From Chlamydiales bacterium (lineage in GTDB: Bacteria; Chlamydiota; Chlamydiia; Chlamydiales; JBDQID01): DNA of 10,920 nt. A program made the position numbers and the translations under genes. Location of the stretch: assembly GCA_047611865.1 (NCBI GenBank), contig JBLFWS010000112.1, positions 1 to 10,920 of the forward strand. The letters are read 5' to 3'. The notes beneath the pieces were generated by a model that worked only from the letters and a program-made list of their open reading frames with translations, searched no databases and was not told where the DNA came from. Positions 7,978-10,920 of the stretch are shown here, piece by piece (positions within the stretch are counted from its first letter, which is position 1; each line of letters starts with the position of its first letter).

Positions 7978-8255
7978 ATCAGCTGGGGACCAAAATCAGG
8001 ATAGTTGCTTTTTATCAACTCCAGCATCCCTGTCCGGATGTTGGAGTTCATTTTCTTATTACTGGGCTTACCTCGATTACGGTGCGCCAAGTTTGCTAGC
8101 CCTCCTTTCCTATATCTCTTGCATAAACGTTTTGTCTGCCTAAGGCTAATACCCATTTGCTCACTAGCTTTTATTTGAGCAATTTCACCTTTGATTGCGT
8201 TAGATATGATTTCACCTCTGTAAAGTTCTTTTTTATTCATTCGTATAATCTCCAT
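7978..8255 (-). pseudogene. Truncated ISNCY/IS1202-like transposase (N-terminal HTH only)
   Basis: MNKKELYR...ASEQMGISLRQTKRLCKRYRKGGLANLAHRNRGKPSN...YPDFGPQL is the typical N-terminus of these transposases. Similarity stops where the frame enters the repeat at ~7978, and there is no DDE domain. GGAGG RBS upstream. Confidence 0.8.
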
Positions 8256-8349
8256 AGGCCTCCCAATTTAGAAAGAGAATCCAAAGATTATAACTAAAGG
8301 TGACATTTCAACTTAGTTTTATAGGTGAAATTATTACGTTGCGTCTACA
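7978..8349 (-). mobile_element. Left-end remnant of an IS1202/ISNCY-like insertion sequence
   Basis: The minus strand from 8349 reads TGTAGACGCAACGTAATAATTTCACCT...TTGAAATGTCACCTTT: a 5'-TGT end with two subterminal TCACCT motifs 25 bp apart (8323-8328, 8298-8303), upstream of the transposase fragment. Confidence 0.65.
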
Positions 8350-8364
8350 ATTTATTAGATTATA

Positions 8365-8394
8365 TTGATTTAAACCATTCACCATCTGTATAAT
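8365..8394 (+). promoter_or_regulatory. Putative sigma70 promoter for the 8443 gene cluster
   Basis: TTGATT (8365-8370), 18-bp spacer, TATAAT (8389-8394) in an AT-rich intergenic region. Confidence 0.45.
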
Positions 8395-8442
8395 ACCCAG
8401 ACTAATATAATTTTATTATTACTAATAATTGACCGGGTTATA

Positions 8443-9153
8443 ATGATTACTCCAGACCTAATGTACGCTTCAACTGCTCTTGATGGAAATCCTGGCGATC
8501 TTTGCCGTTTCCTTCAACAACTCGATAACGAAGAAAGAGTAATTCAAGACGAAGTCAAAATGAGAATCGTCAGCAATAATAATAAGTTGAAGACCGAAGC
8601 TACTGGGTGGTTTGCAAAAACTAGCGGTGTTATTACTACGCTTTACGGAAGTATTTATGGCCTTCTTCGATGGTCAGACTATAGCGATGCCTGTGAATCA
8701 CACCATAGAAAGCCTTTTGATATCAATCCAGTAAGAGATTCGGACGGAAATTTGACTAGAGATATTTATGGTGATGTTAAAATGGCTTTCGTAGACAGGT
8801 CAAAACCTAAGTTCTCGGATTACTTGGGAAAAAGGGAAGTTGCGCAAGTTGTTGCTGCAGGATTAGTCTCCGCAGTTGTTATTACTGCGACAGATTATCA
8901 TGACAGTAAACATCGATTAAATGATCCGGATATAGTCCAAAATCGAGCTACCCGATTGTCAGTAAAGGTCGAAAGAATCAGAGATCGTAAATTAGATATT
9001 TGTCCCAATGGGGGGCGACCAAGAGAAAGAAGTAGAAGGGATGAGCTCTGTCAATTGACTGGTGCAGAAACTTTTTTTCAAGTTACGCTTTCATCTTATC
9101 GGAATAGATTAACGGTGAATTATGTTCATCATTTTCCAGAGGAGAATAGTTGA
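8443..9153 (+). CDS. Hypothetical protein, 236 aa, two moderately hydrophobic segments
   Basis: Long ORF with segments GVITTLYGSIYGLLRW and VAQVVAAGLVSAVVITAT. No recognised family. Confidence 0.75.
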   Translation: MITPDLMYASTALDGNPGDLCRFLQQLDNEERVIQDEVKMRIVSNNNKLKTEATGWFAKTSGVITTLYGSIYGLLRWSDYSDACESHHRKPFDINPVRDSDGNLTRDIYGDVKMAFVDRSKPKFSDYLGKREVAQVVAAGLVSAVVITATDYHDSKHRLNDPDIVQNRATRLSVKVERIRDRKLDICPNGGRPRERSRRDELCQLTGAETFFQVTLSSYRNRLTVNYVHHFPEENS

Positions 9154-9467
9154 TGAGAATTTCCGAAAATACCATCAATGAAATCAAGATTCAAGCTACT
9201 TCAGGTCTTTTGGGCCTTACGTTAGCCGGTAGTGCTTTTTCCGCTTTTAAAACGGCAAAATTTGCGGTCGCTTTTTTGCAGTCCATAAGGTTCCCTTGTT
9301 TGTTGGTTTCAAGTCTGCCTTTGTATTCCATGATCGGTGCAGTCACCACGACATATGTAATGGCAAAGGTAACCCTCGACCTTTTTGAAATCAGACGACG
9401 ATATAGACTCAGAAGCGAAGAAGTTCTTCCTAGAGAGAGTCAAATATTTAACCATAGTCGACGTTAG
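9153..9467 (+). CDS. Small hydrophobic hypothetical protein (paralog A)
   Basis: ATG at 9153 overlaps the upstream stop (TGATG) with GAGGAG at 9139-9144, so it is preferred over the TTG at 9150. 31/54 aa identical to the next ORF over the core. Confidence 0.8.
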   Translation: MRISENTINEIKIQATSGLLGLTLAGSAFSAFKTAKFAVAFLQSIRFPCLLVSSLPLYSMIGAVTTTYVMAKVTLDLFEIRRRYRLRSEEVLPRESQIFNHSRR

Positions 9468-9535
9468 GATTCATACGGTTTTTTACGCACCTAGCCGCAA
9501 TATCTTTAAACTTGAGACAAATGGAAACTGTTTAG

Positions 9536-9904
9536 ATGCTAATATGTGATTATTTTAGAAGCGACCTCTTCGCCAATGACATAAAAAACCTTGGAGTAAC
9601 AAGCCTTGGAGTGACTTCCTTATCAGCTACTGCCTATTCTGCATATAAAGTGTCACAGTTTGCTGTTAAAATTTTTCAAGTGGCTAGATTTCCCTGCTTT
9701 CTTGCTTCAACGACGCCTCTTTATGCCTTCGCTGGGGCTATTGCAGCGACCTATGTCTTAGCAAAAGTTACCTTAGACTGTTTTGAAATTAATGCATTGT
9801 ATGCACACAGGTTTGAAAACCGCCAATTTGACCGCACCGCATTTGACCCAAATTGGGAATGGTGTTCATTTGGATTTCTAAAAAAACAACCTCAGTTTCT
9901 TTAA
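9536..9904 (+). CDS. Small hydrophobic hypothetical protein (paralog B), 122 aa
   Basis: Shares SA.K...FAV...Q..RFPC.L.S..PLY...GA...TYV.AKVTLD.FEI with paralog A. Confidence 0.8.
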   Translation: MLICDYFRSDLFANDIKNLGVTSLGVTSLSATAYSAYKVSQFAVKIFQVARFPCFLASTTPLYAFAGAIAATYVLAKVTLDCFEINALYAHRFENRQFDRTAFDPNWEWCSFGFLKKQPQFL

Positions 9905-9938
9905 TTTATATTAAGTAAACACCGACTAAGGACTCGAA

Positions 9939-10682
9939 ATGGCTTTACCAGTTGCAGTGGGACTATTTTCGTATGCAAATACAGCATATCAAGGATACAT
10001 CGTTTACGATTCTGCAAGGGATATATTTCAAAGTGGTAAACAGGCTTATCGAGAAAAAAATAAGCTTTCAAAAATTGAGCTGGCAAATCTTGCTGCAAGA
10101 GGCACATTTGTAGCTGCCGCAGCTGCTCAGATTTCGAATGTAAAAGTCATTAAACCCGTCATCATGACTGGGCTAGAATTAACTAAAAATATCACTCATT
10201 ATGCTGTTAGAAGAACTGCCGGTGGTCAATCGTGGAGAGATCTCACGCAAATGGCTACAGTTGTGGGCAGAAACTCGGAAAAATACTTCTTCAAAACAGC
10301 ATGTAATTCGTTGGACTTTTGCTCAGCCCTCTTAGATCATGGAAGGGGAACTAAAGATGCTTTAGTAATCAAGAGTGTCATCGAGGACATCAAAATGAGA
10401 AACGGGAACTTTTTTATCTGCCCCATTTCCAAACAATTAATCATTTCAGTGCTTAAAGATAACGAAACACTCATCCTGTACGATAAAAAGGCTGTCTTGG
10501 ATAAGCTTGGAAATAAGAAAAGAATAACATACAAGGGAGAGGTTATTGTGAAAGAAAATCTTGTTGAGGCTCCTAGAGATCAAGTGAGGATCAATAAGAT
10601 TTTGAAAGATGTGGCTAAAGAGTTAAAAAGAAAAAAAATCAACAAAGCGTTAATCAAAGAAAAGACTGGTGTCACATTCTAA
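9939..10682 (+). CDS. Hypothetical protein with degenerate U-box-like C-terminal motif, 247 aa
   Basis: Long ORF. FICPISKQLI...LYDKKAVLDKL...ENLV resembles the U-box pattern F.CPIS...M.DPV....G.TY.R..I...L. Confidence 0.7.
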   Translation: MALPVAVGLFSYANTAYQGYIVYDSARDIFQSGKQAYREKNKLSKIELANLAARGTFVAAAAAQISNVKVIKPVIMTGLELTKNITHYAVRRTAGGQSWRDLTQMATVVGRNSEKYFFKTACNSLDFCSALLDHGRGTKDALVIKSVIEDIKMRNGNFFICPISKQLIISVLKDNETLILYDKKAVLDKLGNKKRITYKGEVIVKENLVEAPRDQVRINKILKDVAKELKRKKINKALIKEKTGVTF

Positions 10683-10728
10683 TGGAGGGTTCACCTTGGT
10701 CAAGGGTGTCAGAAATGGGATCAGGCTT

Positions 10729-10752
10729 GACATTTGGACATTTGGACATTTG
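10729..10752 (+). repeat. (GACATTTG)x3 tandem repeat preceded by ATGGGATCAGGCTT
   Basis: Exact 8-mers at 10729, 10737 and 10745. Confidence 0.85.
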
Positions 10753-10874
10753 AAAAACAGCGATATTGTAAAGTGAAAATTTACCAATCGTATTTTCGCG
10801 AAATTAAGCGAACGCAAGTTTTGCGATCTTTTGTTCTATTCTGAATGTATCTTGAAAGTATTTATAAGAAAAAG

Positions 10875-10920
10875 TAGCGGCAGTCGGATTTGAACCAACG
10901 ACACCCGGATTATGATTCCG
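10875..10920 (-). tRNA. tRNA with CAT anticodon, probably elongator tRNA-Met (3' half; 5' part outside window)
   Basis: Minus strand: CGGA-ATCATAA-TCCG anticodon arm, GTTGG-TTCAAAT-CCGAC T arm, TGCCGCT acceptor strand and discriminator A. CCA is not encoded. Confidence 0.88.

Noticed and set aside
8343..8372. dif/xrs-like site next to the IS1202-like end (TTATATTGATT resembles a XerD arm)
   Set aside because: Three mismatches to TTATGTTAAAT and no credible XerC arm at the right spacing.
9901..10534. Minus-strand ORFs 9901-10107 and 10337-10534
   Set aside because: Antisense to the 247-aa CDS, with no support.
10692..10708. CACCTTG-GT-CAAGGGTG hairpin after the last CDS as a terminator
   Set aside because: Bulged short stem with no following U-tract.

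Overview
Bacterial accessory-type window with three parts. (1) 520-5298 encodes one very large, extremely acidic secreted protein. It has an N-terminal FecR-like domain, a 35-Glu run, about 8-9 degenerate 71-76 aa helical repeats, and a C-terminal TbpB/Slam-substrate-like beta-barrel region. (2) 5366-8349 is a mobile-element cluster. An HUH Y1 (RAYT/TnpA-REP-like) transposase with a C-terminal DnaA-like HTH sits between 34-bp inverted repeats. A third copy of that repeat lies beyond a divergently transcribed AAA_14/DUF4143 ATPase-nuclease gene, so the ATPase is bracketed like cargo. Three phased 30-bp palindromes, the first forming a bidirectional promoter, lie between the two genes. A decayed second copy of the ATPase 5' end lies just outside the left repeat, and an IS1202/ISNCY-like remnant is cut off at the right repeat. 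(3) 8443-10682 holds four co-oriented hypothetical genes, including two tandem hydrophobic paralogs and a protein with a degenerate U-box-like motif, suggestive of a host-associated (for example Chlamydiae-like) organism. The window ends in the 3' half of a minus-strand tRNA with a CAT anticodon. All family assignments come from motif recognition by eye, not from database searches.
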